The notes under the pieces: generated by a model
Seen by the model: only the letters and a program-made list of their open reading frames with translations
Told to the model about the DNA's origin: nothing
Databases searched by the model: none
Made by a program: the position numbers and the translations under genes
Shown: positions 1 to 11,625 of the stretch, one piece after another
Layout: each line of letters opens with the position of its first letter
Position numbering within the stretch: the stretch's first letter is position 1
Assembly (NCBI GenBank): GCA_963812135.1
Contig: CAWETU010000001.1
Coordinates: forward strand, 96,001-160,000
Length of the DNA: 64,000 nt
Direction of reading: 5' to 3'
Source: Vulcanimicrobiota bacterium
GTDB lineage: Bacteria > Vulcanimicrobiota > Vulcanimicrobiia > Eremiobacterales > Eremiobacteraceae

Positions 1-7
1 GTATACG

Positions 8-3000
8 GTGACCGCCTCGAAGACCGGGTACGCAGCGCAAAGCGTCCCCGGCATCACCGTCATCTCGGACCAGACGCGCACCGTCACCATCGTCTTGCAG
101 CGCGCGGTCAGGACCATCGGCACCGTTACCGCAACAGGCAGCACCTCGCTCGTGCGTCCTGGCACCACCAGCAACGTCTTCTCTATCAACGCTGCCGGTC
201 AAAAGGCGACCGCTGCGCTTGCGGGCGCCGGCGGTTTGAACCAGGCGTATGGCGCGATATCGAGCGCGCCGGGCGTGATCTATCAGCAAGGCCAGCAGGG
301 CTGGTATCAAAACGTGTACATCCGCGGCGGCGACAACGATCAGGTCGCGTACGAGCTCGATGGCATCCCGGTGATGCGTGTGTCGGACAGCGCGCCCGTC
401 TCAACGCTCTCCAATCTCGGGCAAGCGGAAGTGCAGGTCTACACCGGCGGCACGCCGGCTTCAGCGGAAGCATCCGGCTTGTCGGGCTACGTCAATCAAG
501 TCATCCGCACCGGCACGTATCCGGCGTTCGGAGACATCAACTTGGGGATCGGTTCGCCGGCACTGTACAACCGCGCGCTCGAGGAGGTCGGCGGCGCGAC
601 CCCCGATCGCCGCTTCAGCTACTACGTCGGCTTCGCGAACTCGGCCCAAACCTTCCGCTACGGAAATCAGAACAACGGCGCAGGCGACCCGTTGTTCTTC
701 TTCCCCATGTCGATCGGCGCGCCGCTCAACGGCACGGTGTATGACGGCAACACGAACGGGGGTGCGAACCCGGCGTACTTCGCGCCTGGCGTGATCTACG
801 CTCAGGCGGCGAACACAGACCAAGAGGCGATCGTCAACTTGCACTTCGGCTTGGCGCACAAATACGATACGGGCAAGGACGACATCCAAGCGCTCTACAT
901 CTACAGCAACATCTTGCAGACCTTCTACAGCTCCCAAAACGACATCGGTCTGAACGACCCCTCGACGCTGCTCAACGTGTATGGCTCGAGCCCGATGACG
1001 TTCCTCGACATCCCCGTCTATAACGGCGCTGTCTTCGCGCCACCGAATCAGGCCAACGTCGAGACGATGCTCTTCCCCAACACGGGAACGGATCGCATGC
1101 CGCTCTCGGCGATCCCGCAGAGCCAGCGTGAGGGATCGCAAAACGGCATGGCGCTGTTCAAACTCCAATACCAGAAGAACTTCAATTCGCAGACGTACTT
1201 GCGCGTGTATGGCGCGGAGAACTACAACTGGTGGTTCATCACCGGACCGGTGAGCGCGAACCTCACGTACGGCGATCAGCTCCCGGATTACGAAGTCATC
1301 GGCCACAACTGGCAAGGCACCGCCATCTTCTCGCGCCAGATGAACGACAAGCACTTGCTCAACGCCACGGTTTCATATCTCACCGGCAAGTTGCAGACCT
1401 ACTCGATGGGATTTACGGACGGGCTTATGACCAATCTCGTCGACAGCGCGGGCAATTGCTATGAGGGAGGGGCCGACGGCAACTACTCGACGTGCTTCGG
1501 GACGAGTAACGATCCGACAGTCGCGCCATTCACCGCGAATCGCGGCAACGCGTGTTCGAGCGCCGGTCCGACCTCGCTACCGCCGTGCGTCTCCAATCTC
1601 ATGCCGGCGATGCCGCCTCCGGGTTCCCCTGCGGCGTTGAACGGCGCACAGTGGCTCATCACCGAAAATGGTCAGAACGCGCAGGTCGACAACGTGCGGC
1701 CTGACTTCCTTTCCGCATCGCTGTCCGACCAATGGCGACCGGGCGACAAGACGACCATCAGCTTGGGCCTGCGTTTGGAAAGCTACACCTACACGCTGCA
1801 GAATTTGGAAGCCGGGTATCCAGCGCGGGCGTTTTGGTTCCAAGCGTACAATCGCGAGTTCTGCTTCGGACCCGGCGTCGGCCCTGGGCTTGGTCTGCAG
1901 CAGACGACGATCGATCCCGGGACCGGATTGCCGGCGGCATGTCCGGCGAACACGTCGCCGGTGAATCTGCAGAACTATACGGGCGGCAAGGTGACCGACG
2001 TCGTGTGGGAGCCGCGCATCGCGTTCACGGAAGCCTTGTCGGCGGACACCGTGATCCGCGGTTCCTACGGCCGCTACTCCCGCCCGGCGCCGACCTCCTA
2101 TCTTGAGTTCAACACCATCCAGCAGAACCTGCCGAGCTTCATCGGCTCGTTCCTCTCGTTCGGTTACAACTCGCCGTTCCACGAGACGCACGCGGACATT
2201 GCGAACAATTACGATCTCTCGATCGAGCAGCACATCCCGCACACGGACATGTCACTCAAGGTCACGCCGTTCTTGCGCAACACGCAGAATCAGATCCAGT
2301 ATCTGTCGCTCAACGCGCAGGGCGTGGTCGACGGCCTCAACGTCGGACAGCAGCGCTCGCAAGGCGTCGAGTTCACGTTCACAAAAGGCAATTTCGCGAG
2401 AGATGGATTGGCCTTGCAGCTCTCCGCGACGTACACGAACAGCACGATCAAGTTCGGCAACTTCCCGAACGGCCGCAACATCGTCGACCTGCTCAACGAC
2501 TACGTCCAGAACTTCAACGCGTACACGTCCGCCTGCGCGACCGCGACCTCAAGCCTAACTGGCCCGTGCGGCCTCGAGGGCAACTCGCTGGCCCACCCCT
2601 GCTTCTTGCCAGGCAGCACGACACCGGACGACCTGTGCGGTGTCGGTTCGATCGCGAACCCCTATTTCGGCCAGCCGATGCAGAAGCTGTTCGATCGCGG
2701 CGGCTCGTATACGACGTATGACCAGATCCCGGCGCCGTTCAACAACGCGATCGGGTTTGCGACGCCGTTCCAATCGTCGCTCGTGGTCAACTACAAGCAC
2801 GGACCGCTGACGGTGACGCCGAGTCTGACCTACAGCACGCAAGGCAAGTACGGCTCGCCGCTCGTCTGGCCGGGTTACGACCCGACGACGTGCACCGGCA
2901 CGACCGTCGGCAACACCGCAGACCCGCAGACGTGCTCGAACTTCCTCTTCATCCCGGACAAGTACACCGGGCACTTCGACAACCTCGGCGAATTCGCGCA

Positions 3001-3304
3001 GCCGCAACGCCTCACGATGGGCTTGCAGCTAGGCTACGAGTTCAGCCAACACGTGAGCACGACGTTGACGTTTGCGAATCTCGTGGATGTGTGCTACCAG
3101 CACCACCAGCCTTGGGATAACGGCTCGACGTGCATGTACGCGCAGCTCGCGTCCAACCTGCTCGCGCCGGCAGGCAACTTCGTCGCAAACCCGCCGGTCC
3201 AGCTCGCGTATCCATACGGCAACTGGTACAACAACATCGAGATCGGCCAAGAGGGCCAGAAGTTGCCGGTCCAGGCGGTGCTGCAAGTCAACTTCAAGTT
3301 GTAA
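8..3304 (+). CDS. TonB-dependent receptor-like outer-membrane protein (probably 5'-truncated by the window edge)
   Basis: 1098 aa ORF with a plug-like motif (YIRGG...YELDGIPV), beta-barrel-like segments (WEPRIAFT...VIRGSYGRY, NYDLSIEQ), Cys-rich loops and a C-terminal amphipathic strand VQAVLQVNFKL. No signal peptide is visible, so the start probably lies upstream. Confidence 0.8.
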   Translation: MTASKTGYAAQSVPGITVISDQTRTVTIVLQRAVRTIGTVTATGSTSLVRPGTTSNVFSINAAGQKATAALAGAGGLNQAYGAISSAPGVIYQQGQQGWYQNVYIRGGDNDQVAYELDGIPVMRVSDSAPVSTLSNLGQAEVQVYTGGTPASAEASGLSGYVNQVIRTGTYPAFGDINLGIGSPALYNRALEEVGGATPDRRFSYYVGFANSAQTFRYGNQNNGAGDPLFFFPMSIGAPLNGTVYDGNTNGGANPAYFAPGVIYAQAANTDQEAIVNLHFGLAHKYDTGKDDIQALYIYSNILQTFYSSQNDIGLNDPSTLLNVYGSSPMTFLDIPVYNGAVFAPPNQANVETMLFPNTGTDRMPLSAIPQSQREGSQNGMALFKLQYQKNFNSQTYLRVYGAENYNWWFITGPVSANLTYGDQLPDYEVIGHNWQGTAIFSRQMNDKHLLNATVSYLTGKLQTYSMGFTDGLMTNLVDSAGNCYEGGADGNYSTCFGTSNDPTVAPFTANRGNACSSAGPTSLPPCVSNLMPAMPPPGSPAALNGAQWLITENGQNAQVDNVRPDFLSASLSDQWRPGDKTTISLGLRLESYTYTLQNLEAGYPARAFWFQAYNREFCFGPGVGPGLGLQQTTIDPGTGLPAACPANTSPVNLQNYTGGKVTDVVWEPRIAFTEALSADTVIRGSYGRYSRPAPTSYLEFNTIQQNLPSFIGSFLSFGYNSPFHETHADIANNYDLSIEQHIPHTDMSLKVTPFLRNTQNQIQYLSLNAQGVVDGLNVGQQRSQGVEFTFTKGNFARDGLALQLSATYTNSTIKFGNFPNGRNIVDLLNDYVQNFNAYTSACATATSSLTGPCGLEGNSLAHPCFLPGSTTPDDLCGVGSIANPYFGQPMQKLFDRGGSYTTYDQIPAPFNNAIGFATPFQSSLVVNYKHGPLTVTPSLTYSTQGKYGSPLVWPGYDPTTCTGTTVGNTADPQTCSNFLFIPDKYTGHFDNLGEFAQPQRLTMGLQLGYEFSQHVSTTLTFANLVDVCYQHHQPWDNGSTCMYAQLASNLLAPAGNFVANPPVQLAYPYGNWYNNIEIGQEGQKLPVQAVLQVNFKL

Positions 3305-3317
3305 GGCGCGATAGTCT

Positions 3318-4942
3318 GTGGCGCGCACCGAGCTCACCGGCCTGCTGCGCCGGATCCACGCGGCGTACCGGGAGACGCAGCGCAGCGGTGTGCCCGTCGA
3401 CGAGGTGTTCGAACTCCAAGCACAGGCGCTCTCGCGACGGCGCTTCATCGCGCAAACAACGGCCGCCCTCGCAACCCTAACTAGCGGTCGAATTTATTCG
3501 ACCGTCGCCGCGGCCGCTAAAAGCGCGCCACGCGTCGCGATCGTCGGCGGCGGCCTGGGCGGCGTGACCTGCGCGTACCGTCTTATGCAAGCCGGCATCC
3601 GCAGCACGATCTACGAGGCGGGCGGCGGACTCGGCGGCCGAACCTGGACGTTGCGCGGTTTCTTTGACGAGGGCCAGACAGCAGAGAACGGCGGCGAATT
3701 CATCTCGAGCGAGCATACCGCGACCCGCGCGCTCGCGGCCGAACTTGGCCTGACGCTCGACGACCTGCGCGCCTGGGATGCACAACAACACGGCGCGCAC
3801 GATGTGTATTGGGTGCGGGGCAGACAGTTATCCGATCAGCGCCATGCTGCGCGACTACGGCGCGGTGTTCCCCAAGCTCGAAAAGGCGAACGCGGCCGCC
3901 GGCGTGACTCGCTACGACCACTACACCAAAGCCGGCTATGAGCTGGACCATATGTCGGCGCGCGCATGGATCGAGCGCAACGTGCCCGGCGGCCTGCAGT
4001 CCGATATCGGCTGGCTGCTCGACATCGATGCGACGACCGAGAACGGCGGCGAATCGAGCGACGCAAAGCTCGCTCGAGCTCATCTACATGCTCGCGGACA
4101 TGCCGTCGCTCAATCCTAAAGGCGGCTTCTGGCTGGTGGGGACCGATGAGCGCTATCGCGTGCGCGAGGGCAACGACCAGATGGTCGCGCGCATGGCGCG
4201 CACGCTTTCCCCAGACTCCGTCAATCTCAACACCCGCCTGCAGGCGTTGCGCCGGCGCGCCGACGGCAGCTACGTGTGCACGTTCTCCGCACCGCAACGG
4301 ACGTTCGACGTTTCCGCCGACCACGTCGTGTTGGCGTTGCCGTTCAAGACGTTGCGCGACTGCGATCTGACGCAGGCGGGTTTTTCGCCGGTGAAGATGG
4401 CGGCCATCAAGCAGATGCCGATGGGCACGAACACCAAGCTGCACGCGCAGTTCAAGCAACGCTCGTGGTTCGCGCGCGGCTCGAACGGCGCGACCTACTC
4501 GGACACTGGCTACCAGCAGACGTGGGAGGACACGCGCGCGCAGTCCGGCGTCGCGGGTGTACTGGTGGATTACACCGGCGGCGATCTCGGCGCGTCGTTC
4601 GACGCCCCTTCGTTCGGACCGGCCGCGCCAGCACTCGTCCAGCGCTTCTTGCACCAGCTCGAGCCGGTGTTACCGGGCATCGGCGCGTTGTGGAACGGCA
4701 AAGCATTTCTGGACAACTGGACCAAAGACCGCTGGCACCGCGGCTCTTACTCGTATTGGGGCATCGGCAATTGCACGACGTTCGTCGGCATCGAACCCGT
4801 GCGCCAGGGTAACGTGCACTTCTGCGGCGAGCAGTGCTCGCTCGCGTTCGGCGGCTTCATGAACGGCGCGGTCGAAACAGGCGAGAGCGTCGCGCATGAG
4901 ATCGTGCACGATGTGAAAGGCGCGTCGCTCCATGCCGTTTGA
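3318..4942 (+). CDS. Tat-exported flavin amine oxidase (flavin monoamine oxidase family), split by two frameshifts
   Basis: SRRRFI twin-arginine motif, VAIVGGGLGG FAD motif, EA...GGRTWT, and C-terminal HFCGEQ...GFMNGAVETG. The reading continues across frames 3318, 3778 and 3938, with shifts near 3825 and 4065. Confidence 0.85.
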
Positions 4943-6354
4943 AGGCACCGCAGAGACACTGCCGCAGGCGGGGCTGCGCCGAGACATCCTCGGCTTTTGG
5001 CACATCGCCGCGCAGTCGGTCGCCAACATCGCGCCGTCGGCGACGCCGGCGCTCGTCGTCGCGCTGATCTACGGCATCACCACCAACGGCTCGTGGCTCG
5101 CCTACGTCCTCGCGACGCTCATCCTGTTGCTCGTCGCGCTCAACGTGAATCAATTCGCGCGGCGCTCGGTATCACCGGGTTCGCTCTACACGTTCGTCGC
5201 GCAGGGACTCGGGCCGACCTGGGGCGTCATCTCCGGCTGGTCGATGGTCATCGCGTATCTCATCATCGGCGGTTCGGTGCTCGCGGGCTGCGCGAATTAC
5301 GTGACGGTCATCGCGCACGGTCTGGTCGGAACGAAGTTCGACGGCATCTTGACGATCCTCGCGATGCTGGTCGCAGGCATCGGCGCGTGGTTCATCGCGT
5401 ATCGCGACGTCAAGCTCTCGACGCAGCTCATGCTGGCCATCGAATTCGTGTCGATCGCGCTGATCATGACGCTGTCATTCGTCTACTTCATCAAGCGCGG
5501 TGCCGTGATCGACAATGCGCAGCTGACGCTCGCCGGAGTCACACCCGCTAACGTCGGCCACGCGCTCGTGCTGGCGATCTTCAGCTACGTCGGGTTCGAG
5601 AGCGCCGCGTCGCTCGGACACGAGGCCAAGAACCCACTGCACTCGATTCCACGATCGATCCTGTTCACGGTCATCGCGGTCGGCGCGTACTTCGTGTTCA
5701 CCACCTACGTGATCGTCATGGCGTTCCACGGGCAGAATCCGCCGCTCGATCAGTCCACGGCGCCGCTGAACGTGCTCGCGAACCTCGCGGGCATTCCGAT
5801 CTTCGGGCTGCTCATCTCGATCGGCGTGGCGATCGGCTTCTTCGCATGCGCGTTGGCATGCATCACGGCGGGCTCGCGCGTGCTTTTCACGATGTCGCGC
5901 CATGGTCTGTTCTATGCGGCCGCCGGCGACGCGCACGCGAAGCATGCGACGCCGCATATCGCAGTTACCTATGCGGCGATCGCCGTGCTTGCGGGGCCGC
6001 TCGCGCTGCTCGCAAGCCGCTTCGCGCTGCTCGATATCTTCGGCGATCTCGGCACGCTCGGCACGCTCAGCGTGCTGTTCTCGTACGTGCTGGTGAGCAT
6101 CGCGGCGCCCGTGTACTTGTACCGGCGCGGCGAGCTCAAGCCTTCGGCGGTCATCGTCTCTGTGGTCGCGGTGGCGGCGATGATGCGTCGCGATCGTCGG
6201 CACGGTGCTTGCCGGTGCCGCCGCCGCCGCAGAGCTATATCCCAGCACGTCTTCGTCGTGCTGCTCGCGACTTGGGGTGTCGCGCTTCCTTTATCTACGT
6301 TCGCGCGAACCGAAGATCATCCGCGACATCGAAGCCGACCTGATCGCGAGTTAG
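4932..6354 (+). CDS. APC-family amino acid/amine permease (C-terminal frameshifts)
   Basis: About 12 hydrophobic segments and the motifs GSLYTFV, FSYVGFESAASLGHEAKNP and SRVLFTMSR. The likely true end is PKIIRDIEADLIAS* at 6354. Confidence 0.85.
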
Positions 6355-6357
6355 CGA

Positions 6358-6870
6358 CTACTTCCCAAGCTTACGCAGTGGTTTGGGCGGGAAGAGCGCG
6401 TTGATCGTCGCTCCGCCGGGCGACCAGCGCTCCACGTCGAGCAGGCACACGCCGCCCTTCTTGAACTCCAGCGCGAGCTCGGTGTTGCCCGCGACGAGAT
6501 AGCCGATCAGCTTTCCGAGCTGGGGCATGTGCCCGACCAGCGCGACGCGCGAAAGACTTCGCAGCGCACGCAGCTCGGCGGCAGTTTTCGCCGGCTCCGC
6601 GTCCGGTTCGAGCGACTTGAGCGTCTTGATCTTGGCGGGGTCGATGTCGTAGGCTTTGCAGATGCAGAGCGCGGTTTGTCGAGCGCGTGCGTAGCCGCTA
6701 TCGAAGATGTCGTCGATCTCGATGTCGATGCGGCACATGCCGCGCGCGACGCGCGCCATCTCCTTCTCGCCTTCTTCAGAAAGCGGACGCAGCGCATCGT
6801 CGGGATACTTCCTCGAATCGGCCTTGCCGGCATCCGCGTGCCGGACGATGATCGCTTCCATGGCTAGCAC
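6358..6870 (-). CDS. sixA: SixA-type phosphohistidine phosphatase
   Basis: RHA motif, D..RPLS, SGYARARQTA, LVGHMP and FKKGGV motifs. Confidence 0.85.
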   Translation of the reverse strand: MLAMEAIIVRHADAGKADSRKYPDDALRPLSEEGEKEMARVARGMCRIDIEIDDIFDSGYARARQTALCICKAYDIDPAKIKTLKSLEPDAEPAKTAAELRALRSLSRVALVGHMPQLGKLIGYLVAGNTELALEFKKGGVCLLDVERWSPGGATINALFPPKPLRKLGK

Positions 6871-7031
6871 GTATCCCTCATTGCGCGCTGGGTATTCGCG
6901 CGCCCACGCAGGTCAGCCCCCCGCTTGGGGAACGGACAAGCAAGCCTTCTCGAAGGTCGTCGGGGAGCCGGGCATGAAGCGCCTTCGACAGGCCCCGTCG
7001 ACACGGTCCGGCATCGTTTTAAGGGAGGCGT

Positions 7032-8458
7032 TTGTTGAAGCGCAGCGCGTTTTGTTTTGCGGCGATTTTCTTCGCCGTGCTTTTCGTCATTGGACGGGCA
7101 CCCGCGTCGGCTGCCATTACGGGCTCGCTCACAGCGACGACGCCGACGTACACCGGGACGTGCCCGACGACCATGAAGTTCACCGGCACCATCTCGGGGT
7201 CGCCTGGCACCACGTTCCAATATAGCTTTATCCATTACATCAGCGGGGCGCAGCAGATCGTGAACGTGGGAGCAGCCACGCTGCCCGCGAGCGGCACCAT
7301 GCCGGTCAACGATTCGATGAGCGTAGCTGCGACGACCGGCGCGAACACATTCGACCAGTTGTGGGTGCACAACATCTCCGGCGCGTTTCAGGCCGATGTC
7401 TATTCCGCGAAAGCAACGTTCTCCGTGACGTGCGGCGCGCAGCCTGGGCCCACGCCGTCAACCGCGGCCGGGGGGTCGAAGTACGCCAAACCAGTGGTAC
7501 CCTTCATCGATCCCGACGATGACGCCGGGAATCCCGCCCGGCCCATCAACATCACGACGAGCGCCGATCCCAAAGTATGCGGCGCGCACATCAGCAATCC
7601 GATCATCGGCGGACTGCTCTGCCAGCCGATCGCCGCATCGAACAAGCTGTTCATCGTCTGGAATTGGCAGCCGCATCCCAAGTGCGCGGCGTGTCCTCAA
7701 GACGTGGATGGTTTCAAGGTCTATCAAACCGATGCGAGCGCCTCGACGATGACGTACTTGAGCAAATCCTCAGCAGGCGCGGGCGTGACCGCGGGCGTGC
7801 TGAACGTACCCGGCGGCGGCTTTCTCTCGAAGTGCTACACGGTGACGGCGTACAAGGGCGCCAAGGAATCGCATCCGGGGTATCGCACGTGCATTGCCGC
7901 TGAGCCCAAGCTCGGCACGACTACCGTGACGTTGCCGGCGGCGCACATCAAGTCGTTCTATTGGTTCCACGACGGGGACCACAACGCATATCAGAACTAC
8001 GGTTATTTGGAAGCCACGCGCGACTTCTATCTTACGAAGGACACTTTGGGAACGACATGATAACCACCGCGCTGGTGCGCGGCGCATTCATGTTCGACTT
8101 AAGTGCGCTCAAAGGCCGCCCTGTGCAAACAGCCACCCTCCATCTGCACGTCAAGGATGGCCAGACAACGAATACCTTCCACCAGACTTCGGTATCGTGC
8201 GGCGACGAAATAGGTACGGGTACGACAGGATGGTGGATCTACGACGACTTCGTTCAAGCGAATTGGCTGGAACCGATATCGAAAGTAGGTCCGAGCGTCG
8301 ATGTCGTCGTGACGGGCCCGGTGCGCAACTGGCTGAACGGCGCGACGAATTATGGGTTCGTGCTTCGCTCGTCGCAGGAAAGCGTGAACTCGGCCGCCAC
8401 TGACATATGCAGCTCCACGTACGATCCGCCCACACTCACCGTGGAGTATTTTAAGTAG
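7032..8458 (+). CDS. Secreted Cys-rich multidomain protein (Ig/FN3-like plus DNRLRE-like C-terminal domain), frameshift near 8035
   Basis: Signal peptide ending APASA. ORFs 7032..8060 and 7961..8458 join. The C-terminus FDLSAL..ATLHL..VRNWL..NYGFVL..PTLTVEY is colinear with the paralog at 61815..62891. Confidence 0.65.
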
Positions 8459-8481
8459 CGGAAGCCTTGATTGAAGGCGTT

Positions 8482-8554
8482 TGGGCGGAACAGGGCTCGA
8501 ACCTGTGACCCCCTCCTTGTAAGGGAGGTGCTCTACCAGCTGAGCTATCCGCCC
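8482..8554 (-). tRNA. tRNA-Val(UAC), CCA not encoded
   Basis: The reverse complement GGGCGGATAGCTCAGCTGGTAGAGCACCTCCCTTACAAGGAGGGGGTCACAGGTTCGAGCCCTGTTCCGCCCA folds as a cloverleaf with anticodon TAC. Confidence 0.95.
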
Positions 8555-8655
8555 GAAGCCTCTCAGCGATTCGACACGGCGGTGCTCCAACGCTTCGAGA
8601 AAACGACGTCGACCTAGCGCTAGGGTGCTATCGGCGTTCTATCCAACATGCCGAC

Positions 8656-10178
8656 ATGCGCATGCGTCATTTTGGTACATGTCTCGCGCTCTTCGTGTTA
8701 CTAGGCTCACGCCGCGACGGCGCGCGCGGACGCCCCGATCACACCCCTCGATATTTTCGCCAAACATGCGGCAGCCGTCGGTTATTCGCTTGCCGATGGT
8801 CGCGCGAAGCCCTACGAGTTCGAGGGATCGACGACCGACGGCGACACCGGCAAGACCACCAAAGTGCGCTACGAGCAAGCTGGAGCTTACTTCCGGCACG
8901 AGCGATCGCATAACGGCAGAACCACCGGCTACGGATTCGACGGCCACGGCTTTTGGAATCAGAACGAGAACGGCAATCTCACGTACGACATCGGATATGG
9001 CCGCCAATACGACATCGCCTGGGCGGTCATCGGCGCCGAGGCGTTCGGACCGGAGCTCTCGCCCGAACTTCTCGACCAATCGGGTGACGACTATATCGTG
9101 CGGATCCATCCATCAGCCGCCGTCCCCGCCGACGTGTACTTCAATAAGAAGACGTTTCTGATCGACCGCGCGATCGTCAGCCCAACGCTTGAGTCCCAGC
9201 TGCGTGATTACCACAACTACGAGCGGCATGGAGCTGTCGATGGTGGCGATGGTGTGGTCGTCGGGCAACTCGACCACGAGGATCTCGAAATTCCAATGGG
9301 ATGCGCCGTTGCCGGCGAGCGATTTCGATATGCCCTCGCAGCGTTCGTATACGACGTTCCCGCCTGTGCCGAGCGTCGTGCCGTTCGACGACAAGCACGA
9401 TTCGATCGTCTTCGAAGCGGCCGTGAACGGTGTAAAGGGGCATTTCATGCTCGACACCGGCGCCGACGGTTTGTACTTCACGCCTGATTTCGCGGCCAAA
9501 GCGCATTTGACGTCTCTGGATGCGAGCTCCGCGATAGGCGCCGGATCCCAGTTCGGCATCTCCGCAACGCGCGTGGCGCATTTCACGGTCGGTGGTGTTG
9601 ACCTTGAGGACTTTTACGCGTCGATTGGGTCAAAGGGCGAGGTCGACGGCTATGTCGGTTATGATTTCCTCGCCCAAGTCGTATGCGACGTCGACTTCGA
9701 CAAGAAGCAGCTGACGATCACCAACCCCGCTGCCTATGCCGGAGATCCAAAACGCGGGGCGCTCGTGTTCGCGCTCGACGATCTCACGCCGCAGATCCAA
9801 GCGCTTGTGAACCAGAAGCAGAAAGTCTACATGAATCTCGACACCGGAGATGGCTCGTCGATGACCTTCGTGCGCACGTTCGTCGACGCGAATCCGGGTA
9901 TCGTCGCGCGCGGCGCTGAGGTGCGCTTCTCCGACGCGGGCGGCGGCACGCAGAGCGGCTATATCGGCACGCTCGACGAGATCGACATCGGACCGTACAA
10001 GTTTTTCGGTCTCGAGGCGGACGTGCTCGGCGGCTTCAAGGGCTTGGCGTCTGAGCGCACCATGCAAGGCCTGATCGGCTACCAGATGTTGCGGCGCTTC
10101 AACCTGACGTTCGACTACCGCGACAACAAAGTATACCTTGACCTGAGCAAGTACGGCAGCGAAACCAAGTTCAAGTAG
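8656..10178 (+). CDS. Secreted protein with two retropepsin-like aspartic protease domains (frameshifted N-terminal half)
   Basis: FMLDTGA...DGYVGYDFL and NLDTGD...GLIGYQML motifs. The N-terminal part is spread over frames 8656, 8864 and 9189 and begins with a signal-like sequence. Confidence 0.75.
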
Positions 10179-10205
10179 AGTCTCGAGAGCTCGACTGGAA
10201 AGCAA

Positions 10206-10275
10206 ACCGCGCAGATGCGTTGCAGCTGCGCGGTCTCAGATGGTACCCCTAAGGGAAATGGAATCCCTGTCGCCG
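10206..10275 (-). repeat. Degenerate copy of the tRNA-Glu 3' end plus CCA and downstream hairpin (outer att-like repeat)
   Basis: 62/70 ungapped identity to 11100..11169 by manual alignment. Confidence 0.85.
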
Positions 10276-10298
10276 ACGAAACCGGCGGCCTGGAATTC

Positions 10299-11072
10299 CT
10301 ATGGTCCGATGGCGAGCCCCGGGATGCCCGGAGCGCCGGCCAATGGGACCGTGACTGACGGCGTGCTCGACGCGCTGAACGGGGGGACGAAGACGTACAA
10401 GTTGCCGTTGACGGTCACGTAGAGATTGCCGCTGGCGTCGAATTTCAGATACGAGGGGCCGCCAGCAGCAGTGGGAATCGTGAACGCCGGCGTAGTCGCC
10501 GCGCTGAAGGGCGGGTTGTAGACGCTGACGCCGAGGTTTGCAGTCGCGAAAATGCTCCCGCTTGAGCTGATTGCGATGCCATCTGGATGCCTCTTGATCC
10601 ACTCGCGCGCCAAGACGGTAAGATATTCGAAATTCTCCCAGACTGCCTGCCGGCGCGCGATCCGGCGGCGCCGATTGATGAAAGGCGCAAGCCGTTCCCA
10701 GTTGATTGTGATGACAAGCGACCACATGTCTAAGGCGATAGCCTTATCGATAAAGTCATATTTCACAAGCGTGCCGACGTTCTCGAAAAAATTGCATACG
10801 GTGCTGATCGCTTGAAGATCGCGGTCCAGCGGATATTGATCGAGACGCTCGTGCTGTTTCGGATCGGCAAGGACCTTCGGGAGTTCGGTACCCACGAATT
10901 GGATCGCTGCCTGGTAGTGCTCTGATTCGATGGTTTCGCGTAACTCGTTGAGGGCCGCGATCTGGTTGCTGCTGCGCATGTGACGCAGCTGGACAATCGC
11001 AGCGATCGCAGTCGCCGCAATCACGATGAACGTGCCGACGGAACCGATCGTGTTCCAAAGTTCGAGCGACAT
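10299..11072 (-). CDS. Chimeric ORF: N-terminally anchored DUF4760-like domain fused to the tail of an NHL/beta-propeller protein
   Basis: TM segment followed by QLRHMRSSNQI..NFFENVGTLVKY..WENFEYL, then an abrupt switch after HPDG to GIAISSSGSIF..LKFDASGNLYV repeats. Confidence 0.6.
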   Translation of the reverse strand: MSLELWNTIGSVGTFIVIAATAIAAIVQLRHMRSSNQIAALNELRETIESEHYQAAIQFVGTELPKVLADPKQHERLDQYPLDRDLQAISTVCNFFENVGTLVKYDFIDKAIALDMWSLVITINWERLAPFINRRRRIARRQAVWENFEYLTVLAREWIKRHPDGIAISSSGSIFATANLGVSVYNPPFSAATTPAFTIPTAAGGPSYLKFDASGNLYVTVNGNLYVFVPPFSASSTPSVTVPLAGAPGIPGLAIGP

Positions 11073-11099
11073 CGTAAGCGATCCGTCTGAAAAAGAGAG

Positions 11100-11174
11100 A
11101 CCGCGCACATGCCTTGCAGCGTCGCGGCCTCAGATGGTACCCCCAAGGGAATTCGAATCCCTGTCGCCGCCTTG
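11100..11174 (-). repeat. Copy of the tRNA-Glu 3' half (from the anticodon loop) plus CCA and hairpin (inner att-like repeat)
   Basis: 11138..11174 is identical to the tRNA-Glu 3' part. On the minus strand it is followed by CCA, which the intact gene lacks. Confidence 0.9.
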
Positions 11175-11196
11175 TTTTAGTGGATGCCGAATACTC

Positions 11197-11625
11197 TTAC
11201 TTCGGCGACCACTCGAATAGCGGGAAGGTTCCCTGCGGGCTGCTCTTCGGCGCTATACAGTGGCCTTGATACGCATAACCGTTCCAGTCCTCGAAGGCTT
11301 GGCACTTCCAGCCGGCTGGTCCGCCGTGAACCGGTTTCGTGTCGAGCCCTTGGCCCGCGGCGATCTTTTGCAGTACGAATTTCTTCACGAAGGTCACCGC
11401 TTGCGCGCACGTCACCGTGCCTTTTCCGCTCGTCGTGACCTTGTACTGGGTTCCAGAATTGTGCGGTGGGTATGAATTCACCCATTGGCGCGACGTGAAA
11501 TCCGGGCAGTACTTCAAATTCAGCTCATCGGCGCGAACCGGGGACCGCTCAATCGAAACCGCACCAAGAAACGCAGCGAGAATGACAAATGCAACTGTAA
11601 CACAAGCGGTTTTCACTGTTAGCAC
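11197..11625 (-). CDS. Small secreted Cys-containing hypothetical protein
   Basis: Hydrophobic signal ending PVRA, four Cys in the mature part, GGAG Shine-Dalgarno upstream. Confidence 0.65.
   Translation of the reverse strand: MLTVKTACVTVAFVILAAFLGAVSIERSPVRADELNLKYCPDFTSRQWVNSYPPHNSGTQYKVTTSGKGTVTCAQAVTFVKKFVLQKIAAGQGLDTKPVHGGPAGWKCQAFEDWNGYAYQGHCIAPKSSPQGTFPLFEWSPK

Noticed and set aside
3820..4070. Programmed frameshifting in the oxidase, nnr or birA
   Set aside because: No slippery sequences are evident, and indels are spread over many unrelated genes, which fits sequencing error.
6880..7030. Possible tRNA-Val att repeat or riboswitch upstream of the 7032 gene
   Set aside because: Only a weak TTGGG..GAAC resemblance, with no convincing repeat or known RNA motif.
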